A DNA stretch of 63,898 nucleotides, the filler included, from Mitosporidium daphniae (lineage: Eukaryota): assembly GCF_000760515.2 (NCBI RefSeq). It is 4 parts of 4 records of this genome, joined end to end, with 100 filler letters (N's around TTAATTAATTAA, not from the genome) between each part and the next. Parts side by side here need not be neighbours in the genome. Positions count along the whole stretch, not along the records: positions 33,614 to 50,198 come from NW_013546724.1; 3 more parts are not named here. One strand, 5' to 3'. Of the stretch, positions 34,054 through 45,391 are shown one piece after another. Made by a program: the position numbers and the translations under genes. The notes beneath the pieces were generated by a model that ran no database searches, was not told the DNA's origin, and saw nothing but the letters and a program-made list of their open reading frames with translations. How positions within the stretch are numbered: the stretch's first letter is position 1; each line of letters opens with the position of its first letter.

Positions 34054-37000
34054 ATGGCATCCATCCCGGACATTGAAAAACCTGCCAAAACGAATGCCTC
34101 TTCATCTCGTTTTGACAGCTCCCCCTCCCGCAAGCTTTGGATATTGTTTAGCCAACTTTGCACTTTTTTCATTCCAAATCTCGTTCTTTCCTATCTTCTT
34201 GGAATGAGCAGAGATGAATATCGCCTAAAGTCGTCATCTCAGCGGATACAAGCCTGGAGGGAAAAGGTCGCCTTGTGTGTAATAATCTTTCTGCTTTCGC
34301 TTGTGCTATTCTTTTATTTGTGGTTCTTTGGCACCTTTCTATGCCCCGATTGCAAAGTGATGTCCTTTTTTGATTTCCAAAATTTAAATGTCGATACCGA
34401 GCCATGTGTCCTTATTTATGGCCGAGTTTTTGATTTGAAAAAGTTGTTTTCGCTCTCCATTTCTAGGAAGGGCTCAAACTTGCTTTCATTTTACGCCGGG
34501 AAAGATGCCTCTGCATTGTTTGCACAGGATATATTCAACCAGGCCATGGACGGCATTGGCAGAATACCAAGCATGCCGTCCGTTTCAGCCTCGGCAGCCA
34601 TCAAAAAAGGAAAGCCATTGGAAGCCTTTTCGCGTGACTCGTCCATCACCTTTGGCATCAATTCGATAGCAGATATCGAGTTGAACCTATCATCTAATCT
34701 TCTCGATGCAAACTCTCCAGAAACCATGGGGCTTCTGGAGGCACTTTCAAATTGCTGGGTTGCTGACCTCGGTTGGGACACGCAAGACCTTGCCTCGAGA
34801 GGCTCGTCAAAGGATTCCCCAATCATTTCCGTTGAAGGCGTGCTTTTCAACGTGTCCTCATTGCTTCAGGTCAAAGATGAAAGTGTGTCTCCTGTTCAAA
34901 TTGCTCTGACTTCGCTTCCTTGGTCTGGCTTTGACCATACGGCGCAACTTGTCAAAGCGCTTTCCTCAAATGATGCGAATCCCGCAAACATCCTGGCAAT
35001 TGTGGCCAGTATGGCACCAATTGTGGGCATCGTAGATCCAAGATCGCCTCTCAAGTGTGCAATTGGCCGGCAAGTACTTATGGGCTCGGCTGCTCTTGTG
35101 CTCCTCATCACTGGCGTCAAGTTCCTTGCCGCCTTGCAGCTTGGCCGCAAAAAGTTGCCAGAAGTATTGGGGCGCCACACAATTCTGCACATGACCTGCT
35201 TTACGGAAGGCGAAGCGTCCCTAAGAAAGTCCATCGGCTCGTTGGTGAGCTCCGATTATGACGACCGATTCAAGCTGCTTTGGATCGTTTGCGATGGCCT
35301 TGCGACAGGCGCGGGAAACGACCGCCCCACCGCGGTCATTCTTCTAGATATCCTTGGTATCTCCAGGCCTGCCTCTGTAGATGAAACTAATGCCTGGATG
35401 ATGCACGAGGGCCATCCAATAGTTTCCTACGACTCTCTTGGCGACCAAAATTATGTCAAATTTTGGTACGGATACTACCACCAGTCTTTGAAGGGATCCT
35501 TCTCACATGCAATCCCATTTGTCTTGATAGTCAAACTTGGGTCTCCAGGAGAAATCTCAAAATGCCCTGGAAATCGCGGCAAGCGGGATTCACAGTTGAT
35601 CCTGCTCAGATGGCTTAGCAAGCTTCTTCACTTGGCAAACCAGTCGCAGGGCACGGAGGAAGATTGTACGGCAATCGAGATTCCAATTCCACAACCGCAG
35701 TTTTCACCTCTTGAAGAGGCTCTTACGGGGGCGCTTCACGGAGGCCTGGGCATGGATCCACTGACCTTTGAATATCTGCTGATGGTTGACGCCGACACGC
35801 AATGTGCACCAGACGCTTTGACTCGCCTCATATCTGTGATGATTGGTGATAGAAGAGTCGTTGGCGTGTGCGGCGAGACGACGCTGGCAAATCCCAGGGC
35901 CTCCTGGGTCACTTCAATCCAGGTCTACGAATACTACATTACGCACCATCTGTCAAAGGCTTTTGAAAGTCTATTTGGAGTGGTGACTTGCCTTCCTGGA
36001 TGCTTTACTCTGTATCGCCTTCGTACCCCCGTTACTTCATATGTCCACGGGGGCGACTCGTCAGCCATGAAGCCACTCTTGCTTTCCCCCGCATTGTTGG
36101 CCGAATATGGCACGCAGGAGAATAGCGACTCGACGCTTCACCGTCGTAATTTGCTCACATTGGGCGAAGACCGGTTTCTTACCACTTTGTTGCTTAAATA
36201 TTTTCCGAATTACAAAACTTCGTTCTCCGGAGATGCACTTTGCAAAACCATTGCGCCAGAGTCTTGGCGCGTGCTGCTTTCCCAGCGGCGGCGCTGGATC
36301 AATTCTACCATCCACAATCTTTGGGAGCTGCTTTCCATTCCACGTCTGTGTGGAATTGGATGCATCTCGATGAAGTTGGTCGTGCTTTTGGACCTAAATT
36401 CTACGCTCGTCATGCCAGCAACGATGGTATATTTGCTCTGGTGTGCCACGCAGCTAATCATTTCAAACATTTTCGCTTTAAACGAAGATGATGTTTTTTC
36501 CACATACACAAGTGCTAATTCGGCGTTGCTTCTTGCCGCAGCAACCTTTGCCATGCAGGCAAGTGTTTGTGTATTGAAGAGAAGATGGTACATCATGGGC
36601 TGGATGTTTCTCTACATCTTGACGCTTCCCGTATTTTGCTTTATCCTGCCACTTTATGCTTTTTGTAATTTTGACGACTTTACGTGGGGCCGCACGCGAA
36701 AACAGCAGTGCCCCTCCTCGATCAAGGAGAACCACACGATCATGGCTTTGAACCCATGGGGAAGCCGTCCTCACCATCCTCAGCTATTTGGAAGGTATTC
36801 GTACAATGGCCAGCTGGACACCTGTAGCACCGGACATGGCGATCCAATCGATCCGGTTGTAATCGGCATGCGCTGCAATACAATTGCCGCGTTAGATTAT
36901 TCGCCACATTCTGTCGTGCCAAGAGCCAAAGTGAACGAAATTGAGGCTGCTGTGAAGAAGCTGCTGGTCTCGCACGATGCCGACCATCTCTCTCTTGGAG

Positions 37001-37131
37001 AGATCCGTTCAAGGATCGAGCACGAGATATCCATGGATCTGAGCTCGCTTAAGGAATGGTTTTCGACCCTCGTGGAGTCGATTTTGATGGAGATGCTGAT
37101 GAATGCTGACAACGACACAAAAGGTTCCTAG
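34054..37131 (+). CDS. CHS: Division-2 chitin synthase with cytochrome b5-like and DEK_C domains, no myosin motor
   Basis: AWREKVAL, GNRGKRDSQ, VDADT, TCLPGCF, LGEDRFLT, QRRRW, DDFTWG; DEK_C-like tail; intronless. Confidence 0.95.
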   Translation: MASIPDIEKPAKTNASSSRFDSSPSRKLWILFSQLCTFFIPNLVLSYLLGMSRDEYRLKSSSQRIQAWREKVALCVIIFLLSLVLFFYLWFFGTFLCPDCKVMSFFDFQNLNVDTEPCVLIYGRVFDLKKLFSLSISRKGSNLLSFYAGKDASALFAQDIFNQAMDGIGRIPSMPSVSASAAIKKGKPLEAFSRDSSITFGINSIADIELNLSSNLLDANSPETMGLLEALSNCWVADLGWDTQDLASRGSSKDSPIISVEGVLFNVSSLLQVKDESVSPVQIALTSLPWSGFDHTAQLVKALSSNDANPANILAIVASMAPIVGIVDPRSPLKCAIGRQVLMGSAALVLLITGVKFLAALQLGRKKLPEVLGRHTILHMTCFTEGEASLRKSIGSLVSSDYDDRFKLLWIVCDGLATGAGNDRPTAVILLDILGISRPASVDETNAWMMHEGHPIVSYDSLGDQNYVKFWYGYYHQSLKGSFSHAIPFVLIVKLGSPGEISKCPGNRGKRDSQLILLRWLSKLLHLANQSQGTEEDCTAIEIPIPQPQFSPLEEALTGALHGGLGMDPLTFEYLLMVDADTQCAPDALTRLISVMIGDRRVVGVCGETTLANPRASWVTSIQVYEYYITHHLSKAFESLFGVVTCLPGCFTLYRLRTPVTSYVHGGDSSAMKPLLLSPALLAEYGTQENSDSTLHRRNLLTLGEDRFLTTLLLKYFPNYKTSFSGDALCKTIAPESWRVLLSQRRRWINSTIHNLWELLSIPRLCGIGCISMKLVVLLDLNSTLVMPATMVYLLWCATQLIISNIFALNEDDVFSTYTSANSALLLAAATFAMQASVCVLKRRWYIMGWMFLYILTLPVFCFILPLYAFCNFDDFTWGRTRKQQCPSSIKENHTIMALNPWGSRPHHPQLFGRYSYNGQLDTCSTGHGDPIDPVVIGMRCNTIAALDYSPHSVVPRAKVNEIEAAVKKLLVSHDADHLSLGEIRSRIEHEISMDLSSLKEWFSTLVESILMEMLMNADNDTKGS

Positions 37132-37778
37132 GTGGGCCATCCTCAATCCTTGCTAACTCTCAAAGCGTTTCTCTTTCACCGTTTGCGTATTTCTCGATTT
37201 CTGAGCTCACTTTGGCTACCACCCATCAACAGTGCGGGGTTGCAAGTGTAATGATGCAGCACGGGATCGCATTTCACCATGTACGGGCTCCTTGTATGCT
37301 TAGAGCTGGTGGAAATTCTTGTTGCTTTTTTTGGCTCTTTTTGACGCGGTTTCCTCTATGCAGCAGGCCAAATCAATAATGAATAGCGTGATGATTGCCA
37401 CAACAAGACATAAAGTGTGTTTTCACCACACATACATGCTTGCAGGTTCAGCAGAAATGTGTGTGTGTGTGTGTCACCGGAGAATATAAGGGGCGCTGGT
37501 TATTACAAAGGCAAATGCCTTTGCCGCCAATTCCCCACATCATTGCCGGCATCATATTTATAAACAAACTTAAAATTGCCCAAAGTGTCTTCAGAGCCAA
37601 ACAAACATGTCCCACTACCTCGTGCTTCGTGGGTGCAATACCCCATACCTTGAAATTCTTGCAGTGAATAGCAATTGCGGCCATATCGAGGGCCCTGTAA
37701 TGCAAAGGTTGTGGGAATAAGATTTATACAGCTAAAACAGCCACCAATTGCAGATCCGTCAATCGGGACAATCTGGAT

Positions 37779-38529
37779 TCACGATGGTGGAGGGGTACGT
37801 CGCCCTGGAGAGTAGTACCGCCTTCTGCGGTGATGCTCTGTACTATGGTGATAGGGCTTTTCACGGTCCTTGACCTTGTATCCATCAGACAAAGCATGCT
37901 CATGCTGCGAAGAGGCACCGCCAGCCGGATCACGTGTGCGAGGAGAATGCACGCCATAGAGTCTCTGCGCAGCATCATTACTATCGTGGTCGGAATGTGT
38001 AGCGGCCGACCTAGTGGAGGTAGATTTCTCCTGTGCTTGCGCATTGGCTTTTCGCGCGCCCCTGTAGTTTGTACAATGGTCCACCCGGATGGTCCTTCCT
38101 AAGATCTTGAAAAGACGCATTGGGGAGGAGATACCTTGATTCCGTTAAAGTTATCCACAGCCAAGACGGTGCTTCTTTGATCCTCGTACCCGACAAATGC
38201 AAACCCCTTGCTTTTGCCCTTTCTATCAAGATTAGGCGATGGACCTGAAACATCTGCGGATGCCTCCCGAGCTAGATCGATATCAATGATCGTTCCATAT
38301 CTAGACAAACAAACATGGGCCGCATACTGTGAAAAGATGGACAAAATATCCCCCTCATTCAGCTCAAACGGCAGACCGCCAATGTATATATAGGGGCTGT
38401 GTCTGTAGTCATCGTGCCATGATCCCTTTGTGCCATCTAGTCGGGCTGCCCTTGCCAGCTCTTGGCTGTTGATGCGCTCAATTTGCCGAATCGTACTATA
38501 GGAAAAAGACAGACTGCAAATTACTTCAT
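37779..38529 (-). CDS. IST3: RES-complex RRM protein Snu17/IST3/RBMX2
   Basis: 5-nt first coding exon (ATGAA), SWHDDY, YIYIGGLPFELNEGDIL, KSKGFAF.YEDQRSTVLAVDNFNG, GRTIRVDH. Confidence 0.92.
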
Positions 38530-38575
38530 CAAAAAATTTAAATTTCCACCCAATTTATTTATTAAATTTTTTGAA

Positions 38576-38930
38576 ATGCCACAAGGAGCCTCATCCATTT
38601 CGCTGAGTAAGCTCAAAAAGACCAAGAACACCGGTAGCGGCGGGGCCTGGCTTCGAAAGAAAGGTTTGTAAATGCGCATCTTTGTCCATTTCCATGTTTA
38701 CAGAGCTGTGCATTGACAGCCATTAACATCTGCCAGTCCATTTTTCCAAAAGCAGCTGACTTATTATAGCGATTCCCCCGAAAAAGGCATCTGCGCTCAA
38801 AAAGCATAAAGAAGACCGCAAATTTAGTGCCGAAATCGGCGCAAAAATAGAGCACACCATGGCAGCACGCGCGGGAATCCTCACTTCATCGAAAAAGTCG
38901 ATTTTCAAAAGTGCAGCGTCCAAAAAATAA
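38576..38930 (+). CDS. UPF0390/DUF2462 (C19orf53-like) small basic protein
   Basis: Removing intron 38664-38769 gives MPQG..RKK|AIPPKKASALKKHKEDRKFSAEIGAKIEHTMAARAG. Confidence 0.7.
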
Positions 38931-39006
38931 ATTATTCAACCCAAGCTTGGCCCACCCGCCCAATTGGCCAAATTTCCCGAAAATTAGCTTTTTGTGAGCG
39001 CCAACG

Positions 39007-40323
39007 ATGCAAAACTTTCCCATCTGCCAGTGCTCGCTTTGCATAAAGGAGCAGAGTAATGATGCCGTTGACCATAGACAGCTGGACGGCTATTTTGTCC
39101 CCTTTCCTTCATCTTTGTCAATGCCAAGACACACCGGCTTCCCGGATTCCAAAAAAAAGGTTTCTTGTACGGCCGGATTTGCAAGTGACATCGCCACATG
39201 TCGTATCCCGATCCCACAGTCAACATCGTATGTCCCGGTTTCTGGGTCTTCCCAGCCAAAGCGACACAAGACTCACAAAGCATGCATTTATTGTAAACGA
39301 TCCCACATGACATGTGACAATGGTAGCCCATTTTTGACTTGACGCATAGGTCGACCGTGCAAACGATGCATTTCAAGAAAAATTGGCCAGCTATGTCGAG
39401 ACGAAGAGGTCCCATCGTCCTCATTCCCCTTGCCTTTCTCTGTCAAGTTTAAGCGAAAAAACACGGACATTTATTCCGCGTACATCCTTGGCGCGAATTC
39501 TCCAGACCATCCAGATGCAACTAAGCTTTCCGTGGAGCTTTGCAAAAGCCAAGATTCTTGTGCCGAAACCGACTTTTCCATCAAGCTGCCTTCGGAGTTG
39601 GCAAAACCATCGCTGTCTACAACAAATCGACACCCCAAAAATGGCATTTTCGAGCTTGCAGGTGGCGGGCAGGATTTTTTTTCTTACCTTCTTTTTGCCT
39701 CCGGTATTTGCTCATCCTCTGGATCAACAAGGGAAAAGCTCCACAAAATCGTTTCCGAAAGATACAATTGCGGGCTTTTAGCCCCATATGACTACCATTC
39801 TGCGTTCAAATTTCTGAAAGAAAAATCGGCCACCATTGACTTTTCAGAGCATGCCATCTCCACGATCTCTTCATTGATTGACGAGGATATTTCCATGTCG
39901 CAAACGAGATGGGCGCAGCTGTCGTCGATTATGGATTTCGTTAATGTTGAGGTTTCTCTTTACAGAATGCTTTTGGAGTATGACCGGTACTTTCGAGAAA
40001 TCTCGATCCCCACTGCATTGTGGAGACGATCCGGGCAAATATTAAAGACAAACTCTTCCTTCTTAACGCTGGTTGGCGTTGACAGGGACAAATCTCCCCA
40101 TAGCATTTTGGATTTTTTCTGCGAAAAAACCTTTTTGAACTACTTGAAGCGATATATTGGCATCGCATACGATTTGGAGCATAGGACAGTTCTTACATGT
40201 GCATTCCTAAAAAGGCCAGATCAGAAAAATGGGCCTTTTGTCTCGTGCTCCTTTTCCTTTACCGTCAGAAGAGATATCCATGGCGTGCCTTGCTTGATTG
40301 TTGGCCAGTTTATCGCCACATAG
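39007..40323 (+). CDS. Zn(II)2Cys6 plus PAS-like transcription factor (RDS2/ERT1/AcuM-AcuK family)
   Basis: ACIYCKRSHMTCDN|GRPCKRCISRKIGQLC (intron 39323-39349); PTALWRRSGQI; FTVRRD..PCLIVGQF. Confidence 0.88.
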
Positions 40324-40355
40324 GCCTTTATCCCACAGGGCTTGCAAAAACGAAT

Positions 40356-41905
40356 TTATTTAATATTTGGTTTCGATTGATAGAGACATATGTAGGCCAT
40401 GTGCCAATCGCCGCCGCCATCTAGCCGCAGGATTTCATCCTGTGTCACCTGCGATACCTTGTCATCGTCAAACTTCCACCAAATATGATCTAGAGCTAAA
40501 AAGCGGGGCAACGATACTATTAATTCTATCTCGAATCCAGGAAATGTAATGGCCAGAGTCGGCTGTCCGCCCCATATGGGTGAGAATCCCAACAAGCTCA
40601 TACATTCCGGTGTCCATGTCCACCTTGCACTTCTGTTCACATACACTGGCACTGTCCAAATTGATGCCCTCTCGCGCAGGCGAAAGAGCGGCCTTCAGAT
40701 CGTCACTACACATGTCGTATATGTCAAGTTCAAGTGGAAAAGATACTTTCTGGAAATAAAGTCGTCCAATGAACCTTTAAAATTTTGGCCTTAACCTTTT
40801 CCACGGGTTTCCAATAAAACCGGATAAAGTGGACTAGCAAAACCTTTGGCAAAGATGCTATTTTGGATTGCTTTTCGTACACTGCTTGGCGAGAGAGTGT
40901 TGTGGATTCCTTTTGGAATGACTCGACCAACGCCTATTGTAAACAAGTCCGTTGAACTTGCCTCAGACAGTCCAATTGAAAGGCTGTTTGTTGCTTTCCC
41001 AATGTGGCATGACAGCTTATAAAACGGCTCCATAGAAACAACGGGAGGCTCATTGGGTACTTCGGCCGACCATGTCCTTGGGCGAGTGTAAAATTGGCAT
41101 TGTTACTTGGTCGATAGAGTGCCGTGAAACAGGGAATTAAATTTGGTGCCAATCGGATCCGGCCGGTCCCTTAAAAACGACCAAAGCGACGAAAAGGCCT
41201 CTTCAGCATCTTGCTGCAGCGGCACAAAAGACGATGAAAGATGGAAAAAGTGAGGAAACACCTTTAAAAAATCCTAAAAATAGAAAGGCCAAAGTACTGA
41301 ATAGAACACTGAGGGCGCAATCGATGACCCCTGTTCAGATGCAGACGGTGGGTGTGATAGGGTGGCAAGAATGTGATGCAGTGAGTTTTCAAGCTTTTGC
41401 AAGGGATCATCATTTGAGCCACGGTCATCGGAAGCCTCAAACAGCCTTGAAATTCTTGGAATCGCTGCAAGCAGCTGGAGAGATGCATTTAAATAGCACG
41501 TGTTGCCAAGATTTTCCAGTCCAATTGGAATTTTCTAAAATAGACAAGAAAAATCACCTACTGATTTCGTGCTTTCCGAACTAACGAGAGATTGGTCGGC
41601 CGATTTCATCCGTGCTTCAGACTCTCTGATGACACTTATGGTTGTGTCTACGGGCGTAGAGGTGTTTGTCGAGCCCATCATTATAAGTTGAGCCCCGTCT
41701 GGGACATTTTCCAATGAAGATTTTAAAATCACCCCTTTGAAGAGGAGCTTTTGACGATCCACAGGGACAGATGTAAGCTGAAACAGGCTTTCCTTGAGGG
41801 AATTTATCCCGCACGCATCTTGCGTAAAAGTGAGATTGTCATATTTGGATGTGCCCCATTTTACTAGAATTAAGTGGCATTCATACCAGAAAGATTCAAT
41901 GGCAT
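40356..41905 (-). CDS. UBP6: Proteasome-associated deubiquitinase Ubp6/USP14
   Basis: UBL domain VKWG..VPVDRQK, GLENLGNTCYLNAS, QQDAEE, THMGRTADSGHY, WKFDDDKVS..LDGGGDWHMAY. Confidence 0.93.
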
Positions 41906-42385
41906 AATTAAATTAAAATGCAAATCGGCTAAATTGCAATTGATGGGAACAGCTAGGCCTTTTTGCCCTCAAGCGGGATCGGCCTCAATACAATTTGCAC
42001 CAATAGGAAACTGCGCGCTCTTATTTTTATGCTATTTGAATGAGCGTCCCCGCCGAAACCTGTCGCGTTATTTTACATATTTGCTGTGGTGTCAAAGACC
42101 GGTATTCCCGGCCTGAAATTGGAAGGTTTCCGAGTCCAATTTTTACGAAGAATGACCTGCTTGACCTTCTATGCAATCGAAAATGCGGCCAAATTCCAAA
42201 GTATCTGCCATCAAATGGTTAAACAAAATATGCTCGAAAAAGGAAAAAAATTGCATCCTGTTCTGCAGCTAGTACTGTTTTATTAGTGTATAGGCTGTGC
42301 CATTATACGGGCAAAAGACCACATCGGCGGCGATGGAAAAAGACCACATCAGCAGCGATGCAAAAGGATTTTCACAGCGAGCTTG

Positions 42386-43629
42386 TCAAGAAATATGAGC
42401 AATGAATGGATGCTTCAACGCCTCCTCGACCGTTATGCGTTGCTCAGGATTAAGAGTCAAAATCTTCTCCAGGAAATCCGCGAAAAGATTGATCATGTCC
42501 GACTGTGATTCATTAAAAGAGCCTTCTAGCTTCACACATGCAAGAAGCGATTTTTTGATATCCAGAGTTGGCAATTGCGCTGGATATTCGACTCGAATAA
42601 CTTTGGATCGTGTCACGCTATCTTGAACCTGATGCAAATATGCCCACTGTTCAGACTCATTGAAATGCTCGGGCGCATTGACACACCGGCGCAACATTTT
42701 GGGCGCAAATTTGCCCCTATACGCCATCATCCAAGAAAGCATGTCGTTGTTGCAGTTTCCAGAAAACAGAATCGAACCGGTAAAAAGCTCGTAAACGGTG
42801 CATCCAAGTGACCACAAATCCAGCTTATTATCAAGGGGCACCCGTCCAAGAACTAACATAAGTAATTGGAAGCACTTATCTCTGGGGCCCGATAAAATCG
42901 GCTGGCCAGGTATGGGGTTGGCTCAATAGGCATTCCATCATGTACATCCGTTGCAATCCCAAAGTCACACAATCTTATTGAGGAATTATCCGGAGAAATA
43001 AGGATATTGTCGGGCTTGATGTCACAGTGGATTATCCCAAGTTGGTGCAATACAAGCAATGCCTGGAGCAGCTGGCGCGTGTAAATCCTCACTGCTTTGA
43101 GGCTCAATCCGACCCCATGTCCAACCTTCTTTAACAAGTCTCGTAAATTCAACCTAAAATTGTAAAAGGCCATGTTTACGAGAGAAGCTCCAAAACCAAA
43201 CACAAGTGGCCCTTGTGGTCAAATCTGTCCAACGATAGAAGAATGTATTTTCTTCCTGGCAGAGAGGATTCCGAAATCTTTTGCAGAAAAGCCGACTCCT
43301 TCGATCCAGAAGCCTGCATATTGCGACGAATAATTTTTATTGCAACCAATTTCCTTGCAGGATCTGCCAAGTCCGTGGCTTTTACGACACTTCCAAAGAC
43401 ACCTCTTCCAAGAACTTCTGTGATTTCATATCTATTGGACTTTAGACATTCACCCATTGCTGGGCAATAATATCCGTCAGAATCGTCCTGCCCTTCAATA
43501 GAACACGTAATGATAGATTCGGACAATCCCTAAGCTATATGAAAAATCAAATTGAACTTTAAATTTCTCCTGAAAGGAGTCCGAGAACATATCTTCTTCG
43601 GCACCACAATTTTGCAGCTGTTGGCGCAT
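42386..43629 (-). CDS. PRP4K: PRP4 kinase (PRPF4B), compact form
   Basis: DMF, DDSDGYY, GRGVFGSV, NLRDLLKKVGHGVGLSLKAVR, TPYLASRFYRAPE, ILFSG..NNDML. Confidence 0.88.
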
Positions 43630-43632
43630 TGG

Positions 43633-43708
43633 ATGAAAATGAAAGTCAAAATTAAAATGAAAATGAAAATGAAAATGAAAATGAAAGGCAAAATTAAAAT
43701 TAAAATTG
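43633..43708. repeat. (AAAATG/AAAATT)n hexamer tract in the PRP4K/RPL3 divergent promoter
   Basis: About 12 degenerate hexamer units, read directly. Confidence 0.85.
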
Positions 43709-43731
43709 AGATCGAGTTTATTTTAATCAAT

Positions 43732-44986
43732 ATGGTAAGAGAGCTTCTGCAGTGCTACCTAATTACTGGGTTTCGGTTTTCATCATCCATCTTTTGTCCT
43801 TTGAATTACCACTAATAAATAGTCCCATCGCAAATTTGAAGCTCCTCGTCACGGTTCATTGGGGTTTTTGCCTCGCAAGAGATGCACTCGTGGAAAGGGA
43901 AAGGTAAAGTCATTCCCAAAAGATGATGCCTCCAAGCCTGTTCACCTCACAGCCTTCATGGGATACAAAGCTGGAATGACCCATATAGTCCGTGACCTTG
44001 ACAAGGTTGGATCCAAGATGCACAAGAGGGAAATCGTCGAGGCAGTCACTGTCCTTGAAACGCCCCCAATGGTCATCGTTGGTCTTGTTGGCTACATGAG
44101 CACCCCAAAGGGCCTCAAAGCCGTTACTACTGTTTGGGCCGAACATCTTGGAGAGGAAATGCGCCGCAGATTCTATAGGAACTGGTATCACTCCAAAAAC
44201 AAGGCCTTCACCAAATATGTCAAGAAATATGCTGCTGACAGCGGTGCTCCAATTACCGATTCCCTCGAACGCATCAAGAGCTATGCAAATGTCATTCGCG
44301 TTATTGCGCATACCCAAATCCGCAAAATTAACATTGGTCAAAAGAGAGCCCATGTTATGGAAATCCAGGTCAATGGCGGCACAGTTGCTGACAAGGTTGA
44401 TTGGGCCTACTCTCATTTTGAAAAAGTCGTCCCGATTTCTAGTGTTTTTACTCAAGACGAATTGATCGACACCATTTCCATTACCAAGGGTAAAGGGTTT
44501 GAAGGCGTTACCACCCGTTGGGGTACCAGAATGCTCCCGCGCAAGACCAACAAGGGTCTTCGTAAGGTCGCTTGCATCGGTGCTTGGCATCCAAGCCGTG
44601 TCATGTATTCAGTCCCTCGTGCTGGTCAAAATGGCTTCCATCATCGTACCGAAACCAACAAGAAGATTTATCGTCTGGGAACTGGATCTGATCAAACCTC
44701 GGCCTCTACTGAGTTTGATCTTACCAAAAAATGTATCACCCCCATGGGTGGCTTTCCTCATTATGGTGTCGTTGATGAAGATTTCATCCTCATCAAAGGC
44801 TGCTGCCCTGGTGTCAAGAAAAGAGTCATCACTCTTCGTAAGGCTCTCCATGTACCCACCACTCGTTCGGCTCTTGAAAAGATCAATCTCAAATTTATCG
44901 ATACTTCTTCCAAATTTGGACATGGTCGCTTCCAGACTACCGAAGAAAAGACCGCCTTTATGGGTCCTATGAAGAAAGATCTTTAA
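43732..44986 (+). CDS. RPL3: 60S ribosomal protein uL3
   Basis: ATG, then 88-nt intron 43735-43822, then [17 protein letters not shown]; conserved throughout. Confidence 0.98.
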
Positions 44987-45115
44987 ATTTAATAAAATGT
45001 TAGCAAGTCTATCCTTTCAGGCTGCTTGTTTGGCATCGTTATTATTGCGCCTTCGCTTCGTCATCTCGAAAGAATATTTAGTAATAATATAATAATTATT
45101 TGTTCTCGATTTTGT

Positions 45116-45187
45116 GGATCCGTAGCTCAGTGGTAGAGCATTCGACTGCAGATCGAGAGGTCACTGGTTCAATCCCGGTCGGGTCCT
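45116..45187 (+). tRNA. tRNA-Cys(GCA)
   Basis: 72-nt cloverleaf; acceptor GGATCCG/CGGGTCC, anticodon loop CT-GCA-GA, GGTTCAATCC T-loop, U discriminator, followed by a T6 tract. Confidence 0.96.
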
Positions 45188-45391
45188 TGTTTTTTAATTA
45201 CAGTTTGAATGGTTGGGTAGGTCTCCATTAACCCTAACTTCAATGGTGTAATGTGACCCTGTGAAGATTAGGGAGAACCTCCGCTTTCTACCCGCAATGA
45301 GGCTATATTTGCAGTTGAATTTTCCGATCACCTCTGTGGCATTAAAGCTCTCCTTCTGAATATCAAATATATCTGCTAACCTTATTCCTAG

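Noticed and set aside
43910..44923. Long antisense ORFs over RPL3 (similar ones over SYF1, CHS, FOX2)
   Set aside because: Shadow ORFs of conserved genes with no recognisable motifs.
45210..45310. RNase MRP/P RNA call
   Set aside because: Only a loose resemblance to the P4 strands; too short, no bulged-U P4 and no P3. Kept only as an unidentified structured candidate.
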